From the IMG/VR virus record IMGVR_UViG_3300007512_002205, positions 1 to 64,000 of that record: a stretch of 64,000 nucleotides of DNA; one strand, 5' to 3'. Position 1 is the stretch's first letter. The number at the start of each line of letters is the position of its first letter. Of the stretch, positions 36,538 to 46,204 are shown piece by piece. The translations under genes were made by a program, and so were the position numbers. This stretch comes from an uncultured virus (IMG/VR IMGVR_UViG_3300007512_002205) (taxonomy: Duplodnaviria; Heunggongvirae; Uroviricota; Caudoviricetes). Under the pieces are notes generated by a model that worked only from the letters and a program-made list of their open reading frames with translations, searched no databases and was not told the DNA's origin.

Positions 36538-38124
36538 TTAACCCATTATGACCCAATCGTGGCCTATGTAATCTTGTTTTGCTTTTTGATAAGCTCGTTC
36601 TCGTTTCGGATTATATCCGTGCATCCCTTGGATTCTTGTATCAAACGTCCTCGATGTTAAGGAAATTGAATCAAGAATAGCTTTCTTGTACTGCATTGTT
36701 TTTCGGCTCTCAATAAGGATGGTGTCTTTGATCCAGCAAGCCATAGCGGCGGGTATCATAAGATCGTCGTTCTTGCCCTTCAACGCTTCTGGTTTGCCGT
36801 TGTTCCAAATGAACGTGTCCATTTCGTTTGCCAACCTTATTGAATTGATTGTAACTTGCTTGTTCCTGACATATTCTTCAAGCTTCGCAAGAGACAAGGT
36901 TCTCAATGTATGACCCATGCGGAAACCAGGGACAACACTTGAGTTTCCTTCTGCTGCGTGAGGCTCAACATAATCGTTTCCAGTCTTCTTTGAGAAGTAT
37001 AGGTTGGGATATTCCATTCTTTGAAGGTCTTGCAGCACTGCCCAACCAATCGTGTTGTTTTCCATTGCAACCATACAAAAACCATACTCTTTCCCAGCAT
37101 TAAAAACAACGTGTGCAAATAAGTCTGTGCCCACCTGCCCTCTATACTCTGCAACTTGTTCCATGGATTCGACATCAAATATATGGAACGTTGAATAGTC
37201 TGCACCATCGCCCCGCGCTACATCTGAAATAAGGAAGTAGTTTCTGCTTGGATCATACGATTTCCAAATCCAATAATTTCTATCCACTCCTGACCTGTAC
37301 ATTGGATCGATCGTCGCTTTCTTAACTCGTTGAATATCTTCGGGGTCAATAAATGTGTCGCCTGACAAGTTGAAGTTGCATTCATATTCCTGTGCGATAA
37401 AGGCTCTCGAAAGGTTCTTTGTCTCTTTATCAAACCATTTCTTGTCTCGGTTTGGATGAACATACCATGGAAGCTCGACGATGTTGAATTCGTTGGTTTT
37501 TTCAAGGGCTCCCATGCAAGTCTCATGAAACCAGTTGCCAACACCTTTCGGAGTCGAAAGCGCAATGCACGCGCCACCTTCAGCAAGTGTTGGATACAAA
37601 GAACCCCACTTCTCAGCAAACTTCTCAACGATTGCGGCTTCGTCAACAACAAGCAATGAAAGAGCATCTGAACGTCCTGCATCCATACTGGTTGAAAGGG
37701 CTTCAATTCCCGACTCGTTGTCAAGGAACAACATTGAAGAGTTGTTTGTGTCGGCTGCTGCAATCGCTCTAAGCCATGAAGGTAAGTGTTTGTACATATA
37801 TTTAACTTTCTTTACAAGGTTCGCCGCTGTTCTTTGTTTGGTTGCCACGGTGATAACATTCTTTGCCTCATGAAACAGAATTAACCACAAAACATAACCA
37901 GCCGTTGCTGTTGATAATCCGAGCTGTCTTGACTTCAGAACAATATTAAATCTATGGTCAACAAAGTCTTTCAAAACCTCTTCTTGGAATGGATAAAGAT
38001 CAAACGGAATTGGACCTCTTGTTGGGTGAACAATCCTGCCATAATTGTTCAGGAAATAAGCCGGGTCCCTGCCACACTTAAATCTTTCAAGTCTCTGTTC
38101 TTTTTTAGTAAGCCTGTAGCCCAT
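36538..38124 (-). CDS. terminase large subunit (gp17 family)
   Basis: LYPFQ, Walker A KSRQLGLS, Walker B VVDEAA, STPKG.GNWF, nuclease DVARGDGADYS, DDL. Confidence 0.95.
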   Translation of the reverse strand: MGYRLTKKEQRLERFKCGRDPAYFLNNYGRIVHPTRGPIPFDLYPFQEEVLKDFVDHRFNIVLKSRQLGLSTATAGYVLWLILFHEAKNVITVATKQRTAANLVKKVKYMYKHLPSWLRAIAAADTNNSSMLFLDNESGIEALSTSMDAGRSDALSLLVVDEAAIVEKFAEKWGSLYPTLAEGGACIALSTPKGVGNWFHETCMGALEKTNEFNIVELPWYVHPNRDKKWFDKETKNLSRAFIAQEYECNFNLSGDTFIDPEDIQRVKKATIDPMYRSGVDRNYWIWKSYDPSRNYFLISDVARGDGADYSTFHIFDVESMEQVAEYRGQVGTDLFAHVVFNAGKEYGFCMVAMENNTIGWAVLQDLQRMEYPNLYFSKKTGNDYVEPHAAEGNSSVVPGFRMGHTLRTLSLAKLEEYVRNKQVTINSIRLANEMDTFIWNNGKPEALKGKNDDLMIPAAMACWIKDTILIESRKTMQYKKAILDSISLTSRTFDTRIQGMHGYNPKRERAYQKAKQDYIGHDWVIMG

Positions 38125-38132
38125 TCGGTTTA

Positions 38133-38675
38133 TTACACATCTCGTCTGACATGAGAGCGATACTTGATCTTCTTGTCAAGAGATTCCTTTTTTAAGGTTG
38201 CGTAAAAATTCTTCATATAATCTTCTGCGTCTCTGTGGTCTTCCTTCTCTTCCTTAAGGCCACCAATCTTGTAAACACACGTTGCCCTAACAGAAGTGCG
38301 AATTTTTGAAATTGGCTCAATAAGAACTTCCTCTTCCCCTTCTTTCGTGAGGGTTAGCGTTTGTTTGGTAACTTTCTTATATTCTTTTTTCAAATAAGAA
38401 ACGAGTTCTTTCAACATCATTTTCAATTCGTGAAGATATTTGTCCATACCAACACCGTGAATATCTTCAACACGACACTCTGTATGGTATGTAAGTAGAA
38501 GTTTGCCATTGACAACATTGGCACCAAAACCATCCATGACTCTTTTGTCGGTCATTATGTTACCTTCGGAACGCTTCAGCTTCAGCTTTGGCTTTCCATC
38601 TTCTTCTGTTGCCCCATCATAAGCATTTGCTGCCGCTTGATGAATACCTTGAATTATTTCATACGTTGACGCCAT
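38133..38675 (-). CDS. hypothetical protein upstream of terminase
   Basis: Likely start MASTYEIIQGI.QAAANAYDGA. Confidence 0.6.
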   Translation of the reverse strand: MASTYEIIQGIHQAAANAYDGATEEDGKPKLKLKRSEGNIMTDKRVMDGFGANVVNGKLLLTYHTECRVEDIHGVGMDKYLHELKMMLKELVSYLKKEYKKVTKQTLTLTKEGEEEVLIEPISKIRTSVRATCVYKIGGLKEEKEDHRDAEDYMKNFYATLKKESLDKKIKYRSHVRRDV

Positions 38676-39010
38676 TTGTCTTCTCTTCCTTCTATGTGAA
38701 TTATGAAGCATTCCTCGCAACAATCATATTTTGTCAAATACAAATCGTTTTTTGCTTCCATACAAAACTTGTTGCAAAGTTTACAAGTTTTGATAGTGCT
38801 CCTATTAAATAGTTTTTTAGAAACCAAAACACCGGACACTTCAATCACTCCGTCTTTTTCATCTTCATGAACAACGTCCTTAAGTTGTTTGAGATATTCT
38901 TTTTCTTTTTCCTCATTCCAATGAATTGAAGGATCGTGAGTTGTCTCCTCACCATACTTCTCTTTAATGGCACGTTCAAGCCCGACAATGAATTCGTCTG
39001 TTCTTTTCAT
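38654..39010 (-). CDS. hypothetical protein with Zn-finger-like Cys cluster
   Basis: ERAIKEKYGEE, CKLC...CCEECFI. Confidence 0.6.
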   Translation of the reverse strand: MKRTDEFIVGLERAIKEKYGEETTHDPSIHWNEEKEKEYLKQLKDVVHEDEKDGVIEVSGVLVSKKLFNRSTIKTCKLCNKFCMEAKNDLYLTKYDCCEECFIIHIEGREDKWRQRMK

Positions 39011-39309
39011 TTTGTTTTGATGTTCATATCCATATCATCAGGGATAAGTGGTTGATCAAAAATATCCCCAATGATTGAAGACGCAAGATAAAACAACCCT
39101 ATCGACATTGCCGCCCCCAAAGCAACACCTCCAGCAAACCACCATATTTCATTACTCTCTTTTCTTTCAAGATAAACAACCCTCTGTTCCAATTTGGCTA
39201 TTTTTTCGTAATGTATTCTTTGGTCAGCAACAACACTTGGTTTGTTTTGAGCAAACACCGGCAAACTTAAGAAAAGAAGCGCGCCAACAATTGCTATAAA
39301 CTTTTTCAC
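39007..39309 (-). CDS. exported/membrane protein (signal peptide, coiled coil, C-terminal TM)
   Basis: MKKFIAIVGALLFLSLPVFA; WWFAGGVALGAAMSIGLFYLA. Confidence 0.6.
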   Translation of the reverse strand: MKKFIAIVGALLFLSLPVFAQNKPSVVADQRIHYEKIAKLEQRVVYLERKESNEIWWFAGGVALGAAMSIGLFYLASSIIGDIFDQPLIPDDMDMNIKTK

Positions 39310-41446
39310 TGTGTTGTTAGTTTTCCCTTGGCAGATAAAGATTTCAAAATTGGTGATAGTTTATCTTTACCTGCCTGCATAAACACCTCTACTTGTAAAT
39401 ATCTTGCCACAACATTTTTATTTTTTAAGTCAATGGGAAACTTTTGTGGTGGAAACGGCCCAAGTTGACTTGACCATTTGGCAGACTTAAGTCCCACAAA
39501 GGTGTCTGATGTTCTATATCTTATCTTGACATAAGCTTTCGCTGGGATTGTGAGTGTCGCATCTATGAGTGTCCACACTGTTTTTGTTTTGCTCTCAGCA
39601 ACGGTGCCTCCCCAACCACCATACCCAAACGTATGTGTGTAATGACCTTTGGGGGCGGTGTAGTTGTTTAAGGTATAACCTGTCATGTCTGAATATGTAT
39701 AAGGTGATTTGCCAACAGGGTATTCTCCGATAACCTGCATTGTTTTAGGATCACATTTCGACGCACTGCTCTTACTCTGGTTTACTGCCCAAACATAACC
39801 ATCGTAATCCACAGCGATCCCAACAGGATACCGTGAACCACCAAGAGATATATGCCCTATAAGAGTGTTTGTTGTGACGTTTATCTTAGCAATCCTGCTT
39901 GTGCTATCTAACGCAATATAAGTATGGCCATCATTGCTTGTCGCAACACCTCTCGACCTCTGCCCATGGTTGATAGAAACCCATTGTTTTGTCACGGGAT
40001 TGTATTTTGAAGAATAACTGTTCGTATTCGCAATCCAAATGTTCCCAAACATATCAACATTGATTCCATATGGTGAACCCTTGCTATTTCCATGGGTGCT
40101 CACTTGTTTCGTCTTCGGATCAGCCCTCACAAGTTGTCCGCACCCTCTACCGGAAACCCAAATAACCCCCTTTTGATCAATCACAAGGCCATATGGATTA
40201 CAACCGATTGAAATTGAATTAACAACTGCTCCTGTATCTGGGTGAAGTCTCCACAGTGTTTTCTTATTCCAGCCACCAACCCAAACATAATTGTCTTTAT
40301 CGACACCCGCAGCGCGAATTGTGTTTTCACCGCCATCAGGTTTAACAATGAAACGGACACATTCATCCTGACCATAAGGGAGTGCGTTCGAACCATTTGA
40401 TGTTTCAATTTTTCCATTGCCGTTTTTGTCAGGACATTTCGCAACCTTATTTACAATCTTCATCACCTGTCCGCCAGAACGACAACCGACCCAAACGTCC
40501 CCATTGAGGTCGACAGAGGTTCTTGAAGGTGAACCACAGCTCGCATACCGACCCTCTTCCTTGCCAGTTTTTGTGTTGAGCTTCGAAATAACTTTGGAGC
40601 CAGTTCCGGCAATCCAAATATGATGGAGGTCTATACTCGAATTCTGCTTGTCCAAGATAACATGGCCATTTTTATCAAGATTGACTCCGTTTGAAGAATC
40701 TTTTGAAGGATCAAAGGGTGAACCATAATCTGGTCCCATTTTTTGTTCGACACATGACAGATCACACGTTCCACATGTCGATAAAACACCTTCATCGATC
40801 AACCCATCACAATCATTATCTTTGCCATCGCAAACTTCAGGTGTTGGTAAAGTCTCTCCGTTGCACCCTCCCCAAAACCCACCTTTACAAAGCTGAATTC
40901 CTGCTTGGCAAACACCTTTACCAATCCAACCCTGTTGGCCGGAATAGCAATTCACGGCGACAGCTTTACAACTGCAACCAGGGTGGCTCCCGGTTGTACA
41001 ATCTGGGCACACAGCAGCAAAATTAGGATTGCCGTCATCACAATCAACCCCCATTGGACAATTGACCCCGTAACCATCGTTGTCATTGTCTATGCAGGGA
41101 TCTGGTTTTGGGCCTAAATCTGGTTTAACAATATCTGTTCCTGGCCCCGGTCCTATGCCTCCGATATCTTTACTGGGTTTCTGGACATCTGGCTCTGGAT
41201 AGTTTACGTCTATTGTTCTGAAAGAAACATCCTTGTCTTTCACAACGTCTTCTTCATATATAGTTGTTTTTGTTGTGTCCTCTGATAAAGAGGTTAAATC
41301 ACTTTTCGTTTCGGCTGTGTCTTTATTTGGTTTGATCGTCGTTTCTGGTAAACTAAAACGTCCGCACTACCATAAACAACCGGCTGTTCTGTTCCCGTGT
41401 TTGAACAAGCGAATAAGATCAAACAAATCGGAAACAGTTTATTCAT
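39306..41446 (-). CDS. myxobacterial-type surface lipoprotein (MopE-like Cys/Asp metal-binding motifs + Vgb/NHL-like beta-propeller), frame-split after signal peptide
   Basis: DNDNDGYG..DCDD, EVCDGKDNDCDGLIDEG, repeated PYG(L/I)..D..G..WV, SPYTYSDMTG. Signal-peptide ORF starts at 41446 in another frame. Confidence 0.7.
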
Positions 41447-42053
41447 TCAGGTTCCTCGGAGTCCCAGTGAACCCTTTTTTCTGTTCTTTGCCGTGGGCAA
41501 GCTTGCTCCAAACTTCTTTTGGCACAACAGCGGTTTTGACATAGCCGCTCTTCCAGCTCGTTTCCCTCTTTATCCTTGATTCCTCTGATTTTTCGACCTT
41601 ATTAATCATCTTCTTAGCATTCTCTAACTTTGGAAAAAAATAATCAAGATCAACGCCCCCTCTGCAATCCCCCTCAAACTTCACCATGTCGGGCTTGACA
41701 ATATTTGGCTCCTCAAACGGGGTCTCGATTTTTGAATTCCGATAAAACAACTTCAGACTCTGAAGAAATAAAATCGTTGCTCCCAAAGTGAGACTAATAA
41801 ACGACTTCAGTTTATAAAACGCAAGCTTGTATATTCGTTTGATTTCTCTCTTTCTCGTAAAAGCTTTGTTCTGAATTGAACGATCGTCATCTGCGACGAA
41901 CCTCTTTTTCTCTACATGAACAAGGACTTTTTCAGCAACGCTCTCATCCTCTTTCAATTCAGAAACAAGAGCTTTCCAATCCTCTTGAACCTCTTTTTCT
42001 TTCTTTTCGCGTGCTTCTCTTGCCAGCTTTATTGCTTTTTCTTCTATTTCCAT
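41439..42053 (-). CDS. hypothetical protein with one internal hydrophobic segment
   Basis: ORF in operon; FISLTLGATILFL. Confidence 0.5.
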   Translation of the reverse strand: MEIEEKAIKLAREAREKKEKEVQEDWKALVSELKEDESVAEKVLVHVEKKRFVADDDRSIQNKAFTRKREIKRIYKLAFYKLKSFISLTLGATILFLQSLKLFYRNSKIETPFEEPNIVKPDMVKFEGDCRGGVDLDYFFPKLENAKKMINKVEKSEESRIKRETSWKSGYVKTAVVPKEVWSKLAHGKEQKKGFTGTPRNLNE

Positions 42054-42060
42054 AATACAC

Positions 42061-42522
42061 CTACCTTACAATTTTTGTTGAAATATAAAAAGTTGCCAGC
42101 GCCGAAACGACACCGGCAAAGTACCCCACCGCTCCCCACACCACACCGTTACCCGACGCCTCTACCTTCTTTTCGTATCTTGAAATCTCTTTATTCTTCT
42201 CTGATAGAATGACTTTATACTTTTCTTCTGTCGCTGTTAACGAAATTTTTGCAGACTTGATCAAAAGCTCATGGCGATTTCGTTCTCTTCTTAGCTGCAT
42301 TCTTATGTTAAGTTGGCAACCTTCTTCAGCAAGTTCCCTCTGAGCTGCCATTTCAGCATCTGCATCAAAATCATACAAAAATCCCTCGAATGGGGCCTTC
42401 TGTCCTTTTTTAAGGACAGCCATTCGAGGGACTGCTGAGAGTGTAGCCGGGAACAATAAAAGCATCACAACTGCACTATATTTAATTGTCTTTTGGTTCA
42501 ACCAGTTCAAAACCGAACTCAT
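42061..42522 (-). CDS. exported coiled-coil protein with C-terminal TM (possible spanin-type lysis protein)
   Basis: Signal peptide, LKKGQKAPFEGFL, coiled coil, WGAVGYFAGVVSALA. Confidence 0.5.
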   Translation of the reverse strand: MSSVLNWLNQKTIKYSAVVMLLLFPATLSAVPRMAVLKKGQKAPFEGFLYDFDADAEMAAQRELAEEGCQLNIRMQLRRERNRHELLIKSAKISLTATEEKYKVILSEKNKEISRYEKKVEASGNGVVWGAVGYFAGVVSALATFYISTKIVR

Positions 42523-42880
42523 CTGCGATCTCCTTTGCTCTTGCGTTGGGATCAAATTTTGTCTTCTCAAGTATCTCTTTTCGCCTCTCAACGATACTCT
42601 TTTTCAACTCTTTATTTTCCTTTTTATAGATCTCAAGATCCTCATCTACCTTCCTAAGATACTCATTCCAAAGGTTTCTGTGTTTTTCTTTCTCTTCTTT
42701 GTTGATTTCGTCAAGCTCTTTGAGTGTCAAATCTCTTTCCTTTCGAACCTTTTCCAGTGAAGATGCAACACCGCCTCCTTTTCGCTTTATCAAATAAAAG
42801 GCAATGGCTAATGCCCCAACAAAGAGCCCAATGATAACAAACTTGAACTTCACCCAAGCCCTTTTTAGCCACTCAATCAT
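42482..42880 (-). CDS. N-terminal TM + coiled-coil protein (i-spanin-like)
   Basis: FVIIGLFVGALAIAFYLI then charged coiled coil; follows the holin-like gene. Confidence 0.5.
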   Translation of the reverse strand: MIEWLKRAWVKFKFVIIGLFVGALAIAFYLIKRKGGGVASSLEKVRKERDLTLKELDEINKEEKEKHRNLWNEYLRKVDEDLEIYKKENKELKKSIVERRKEILEKTKFDPNARAKEIADEFGFELVEPKDN

Positions 42881-43079
42881 TACTTAACCTACCAACCTTC
42901 CATCGTGTTGCAATATCTGCGAATCCTTCCATTCCAAGATATCCCAAAGAAACGGCAACCCAATGCTCACCTGAGAGAATCCCAAATCCCAAATAAACTG
43001 TCGCAACGATCCACACCATAAATTTCTTTGACACAAATCTGTGAACGTGGCGATCTAAAAATGCTTTTACCCTTGGCAT
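42873..43079 (-). CDS. putative holin (2 TM)
   Basis: 68 aa; SKKFMVWIVAT and WVAVSLGYLGMEGFAD. Confidence 0.5.
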   Translation of the reverse strand: MPRVKAFLDRHVHRFVSKKFMVWIVATVYLGFGILSGEHWVAVSLGYLGMEGFADIATRWKVGRLSND

Positions 43080-43093
43080 TATTCTTTTTCCTC

Positions 43094-46000
43094 TTAGACA
43101 TGGGCAAATCCCTCAACGTTGTCAATTTCTACAACATGGTCGACAACATCTTTCAACCCATCTATATGAGTAATTAGAAGTACGACCTTGAAATAACCTT
43201 TTAAAAGTTCAAGTATTTCTGTCATCTTCTCCATATTCTCAGGGTCCAATGCTGTTCCAGGCTCGTCAAGAATAAAAATATTTGATTTTGGCAAATTTGA
43301 AATGTTCAACAAGGCAATACGAATTGCCAAAGCTGCAAGGGTCTTTTCCGCTCCAGAGCCGTTCTCAACAAGCCGCGCACCTGTATCTCCATGTGAGATG
43401 TAAATCTCAAGCTTCCCGCTTTCATCACAAAATTCAACCTGAAAATCTCCAATTGAAGAAAGAACCGCTTTGATCTCTTTATTTATGACCTCAAGGCTGT
43501 TCTTGACAAGTTCATATGATATCCCACTGCCATGAACACACTTAAGGTATTCTTTCAAAGCTGTTGCTTCGCTTACTTGGGTTTCATATTCTTCTTTTCT
43601 TTCCTCAAGCGAACTTAACTCCGCGTTTAACCTACCAGAGTTTTCCAAATACAAACGATAATCATTCTCGCCTTTCTGTTTTTCCTCTTCAAGCGCAGTG
43701 ATCGCCATGGAAATTTCTTTTTCAGAACTGACCGAATCAAAAGTATCACAGAGAACTTCCTGATTGTCGTCATAATATTTTAAATCTCTTTCCAATTTCT
43801 CAATCTTCTTGTCAATACCCTGCAAGAAGTTTTTTCCAACTGCTTTTTGAAGTTTGAGGTTTATATTTTCAGCGGAAACCGTATCGACCTTTTTCTTCAG
43901 CTCGTTATATTTTTCAATATACTTGCCTGTTCTCTCTGGATTAAGGTTTTTTACCTCCTGAATGAGCTGTCGAATGCGTTTTTTAAGTTTCTCTGAGTCG
44001 TTCTGGAGGGCTTCTCTTTTTGAGGCACACTCACTCGCCTCACTTATAAACTTACACAAACCAAGGAACTCAGAACCGCAAGGGATATCTTTCAAAAACC
44101 CCTCTTTCTTTTCACAAGAAGAAATCTCTTCCGAAATCTTCGACTTCTCTGACTTCGTTTCAGATAGCAGGTTTTGTTTTTCCTCAATCTTGTTGAGGTT
44201 TCCTTTGAGAACGTCATAATCAAAACTTGAAATAAACGAACCAGCTTTCCTTAAAAAGGATTCGTTTTCAACAATTTTTTTTCTCAACTCTTCCTGGGCG
44301 TTTATTTTCTTCTTTCTGATGCTGTGCTGGAAGACCAAGCTTGCTTTCACCTTATCATGAGTCAGTTCTGGTAAATCTATGCCCTCAAGCTTCCTTTCCA
44401 CCTCTTCAAGAAGGCGAGTTTTCTCCTTTAAGGCTTCTTCTTGCTTTTCTATTGAACTCTTGACTTTGTAAATGTTTGCTTGGTTTTCAAAAATTTCTTG
44501 TTTCTTATCCTTAATCAAAGCATCAAAAGTGTCTTCTATTCTTGCGAGCAAGGTCTTCGTGAAGTTATAGTCTTTCTTTGCAAGATCATGTTTTTCCTTA
44601 AAGAACCTCAAGTCAAGAAACTTCTCAAGAAGTTCCCTCCTCTTTGTTGAGCCCTCATCGATAAAACAAAAAGCTCCTGTTTGAGATGACATTGATGTCA
44701 TAAGAAAATCTTCCAACGCCCCAAACACCTTACGAATCTCTTGCTCTGTTCTTGCTTTTGTCGTCCCATTCAGAGACTCTCTTTCGCCAGTCTGTTTATC
44801 AACAAAGGAAAAGTCTAACGTTGATTCCGTTTCTTTTGGATTCTTTCTTTTTGACTTCTTATGAACCTTCGAAAGCTTCCTTGAAATCGCATAAGTGCCG
44901 TCATCAGCCTCAATCTCAACGACGCCAGAGCCCTTTTTCTTTGAGTTGTTGATGATGTCATAAGGGCGGCGTACATTCTTAGAAGTATTATTAAAGATTG
45001 TATAAAGTAATGAATCAACAATGCTAGACTTACCACTAAAATTTTTACCAAATATGCCAACAACGCCAACATAACTACCAAAACAAAGAGAGTTGCCTTC
45101 ATCATAATTGAACAGGTTTGACCACTCAAAGTCTTTAATGCTCCACAGAGTTCCTTTCTCAAACCTGTTCTCCTTATTCACCAAAGAGCCGTACTTTTTA
45201 TCTAATTTCAAAACATCTTCGATAAGTTCCTCGTCTTCATCTTGTAAGAAATCCTTGATGAGTTCCTTTTGAGTGGCCTCATCTGAATAACTCTCAAGTT
45301 TCTTGAGTCTTTTCGTGTTCTCCTTATCGTCAACAAGGTTCAAAAAGGAAACCGACTCCGGTTTTATAATAGATTTTATCTCACCAACCTTTTTATTAAG
45401 TATATCAACTGGTAAATTTTGTTTGAAAACGAGTCTCGCTCTTACACCCTTGGGAATATTAAGTTCCTCAACAATAAGGTTCTCATCAACGCCAATTGTA
45501 ATAAAAGGCTTTGGATTCGTTAAAGCAACAAACTCCGTCGTAAATCTGTCTTTGTCTTCAATATCCCAAATAAGATATCCTTTTTCAACCTCTTCACCAA
45601 AGTTCTGCTGAATCAATGAACCTGGATATGCTTTCCTCTTTGAAACAAATTGTCTCTTGTGAATGTCCCCAAGGAAGGTGTAATCATATTGATCAAAAAG
45701 GTTGTCCTCTTTCCCGTGGATCTTCCAGCCCGTATCCGTCAGACACTTACCAACCTGACCATGATACATGGCAAGATTGACCTTTGATTTATCCTTTGGA
45801 GTGAGCCAGCCGTCTGAATCAAAAATTGAAAGAGAATATAACGAAAACCCATCATCAAGATCGACACAGCAAGAGTCCTTCATTAAGTGAAGGTTTTTAT
45901 GCTGCAACGTTGTAACAATAGGAGTTATTGAATCTTGTCGAAAACTGTTCTTCAAATTGCCGTCGTGGTTTCCAAGTATAAGATACGTTGGACAAACGTC

Positions 46001-46204
46001 TGCCAACCCCTTCAAGAAGAAAGAGCACAGCTCAACGAATTCTGGGCTGATTTGTGTCTTCGAATGAGCAATGTCTCCGGTGACAACAACGACATCAACG
46101 TCGTTATTCCCCAAAGAAACGAAAAGTTCCTCGAAAACCTTACGGTATTCTCTATGATATTTGAAATTTCTGATGTGTATGTCAGATAAGTGCGCTATTC
46201 TCAT
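43094..46204 (-). CDS. fused SbcD-SbcC (Mre11-Rad50, gp47-gp46) nuclease/ATPase
   Basis: Metallophosphoesterase SDIH, TGD, GNHD, LGDIH, YPGS; Walker A GKNFSGKS; coiled coil; signature SGAEK; Walker B ILDEP; ITH. Confidence 0.92.
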   Translation of the reverse strand: MRIAHLSDIHIRNFKYHREYRKVFEELFVSLGNNDVDVVVVTGDIAHSKTQISPEFVELCSFFLKGLADVCPTYLILGNHDGNLKNSFRQDSITPIVTTLQHKNLHLMKDSCCVDLDDGFSLYSLSIFDSDGWLTPKDKSKVNLAMYHGQVGKCLTDTGWKIHGKEDNLFDQYDYTFLGDIHKRQFVSKRKAYPGSLIQQNFGEEVEKGYLIWDIEDKDRFTTEFVALTNPKPFITIGVDENLIVEELNIPKGVRARLVFKQNLPVDILNKKVGEIKSIIKPESVSFLNLVDDKENTKRLKKLESYSDEATQKELIKDFLQDEDEELIEDVLKLDKKYGSLVNKENRFEKGTLWSIKDFEWSNLFNYDEGNSLCFGSYVGVVGIFGKNFSGKSSIVDSLLYTIFNNTSKNVRRPYDIINNSKKKGSGVVEIEADDGTYAISRKLSKVHKKSKRKNPKETESTLDFSFVDKQTGERESLNGTTKARTEQEIRKVFGALEDFLMTSMSSQTGAFCFIDEGSTKRRELLEKFLDLRFFKEKHDLAKKDYNFTKTLLARIEDTFDALIKDKKQEIFENQANIYKVKSSIEKQEEALKEKTRLLEEVERKLEGIDLPELTHDKVKASLVFQHSIRKKKINAQEELRKKIVENESFLRKAGSFISSFDYDVLKGNLNKIEEKQNLLSETKSEKSKISEEISSCEKKEGFLKDIPCGSEFLGLCKFISEASECASKREALQNDSEKLKKRIRQLIQEVKNLNPERTGKYIEKYNELKKKVDTVSAENINLKLQKAVGKNFLQGIDKKIEKLERDLKYYDDNQEVLCDTFDSVSSEKEISMAITALEEEKQKGENDYRLYLENSGRLNAELSSLEERKEEYETQVSEATALKEYLKCVHGSGISYELVKNSLEVINKEIKAVLSSIGDFQVEFCDESGKLEIYISHGDTGARLVENGSGAEKTLAALAIRIALLNISNLPKSNIFILDEPGTALDPENMEKMTEILELLKGYFKVVLLITHIDGLKDVVDHVVEIDNVEGFAHV

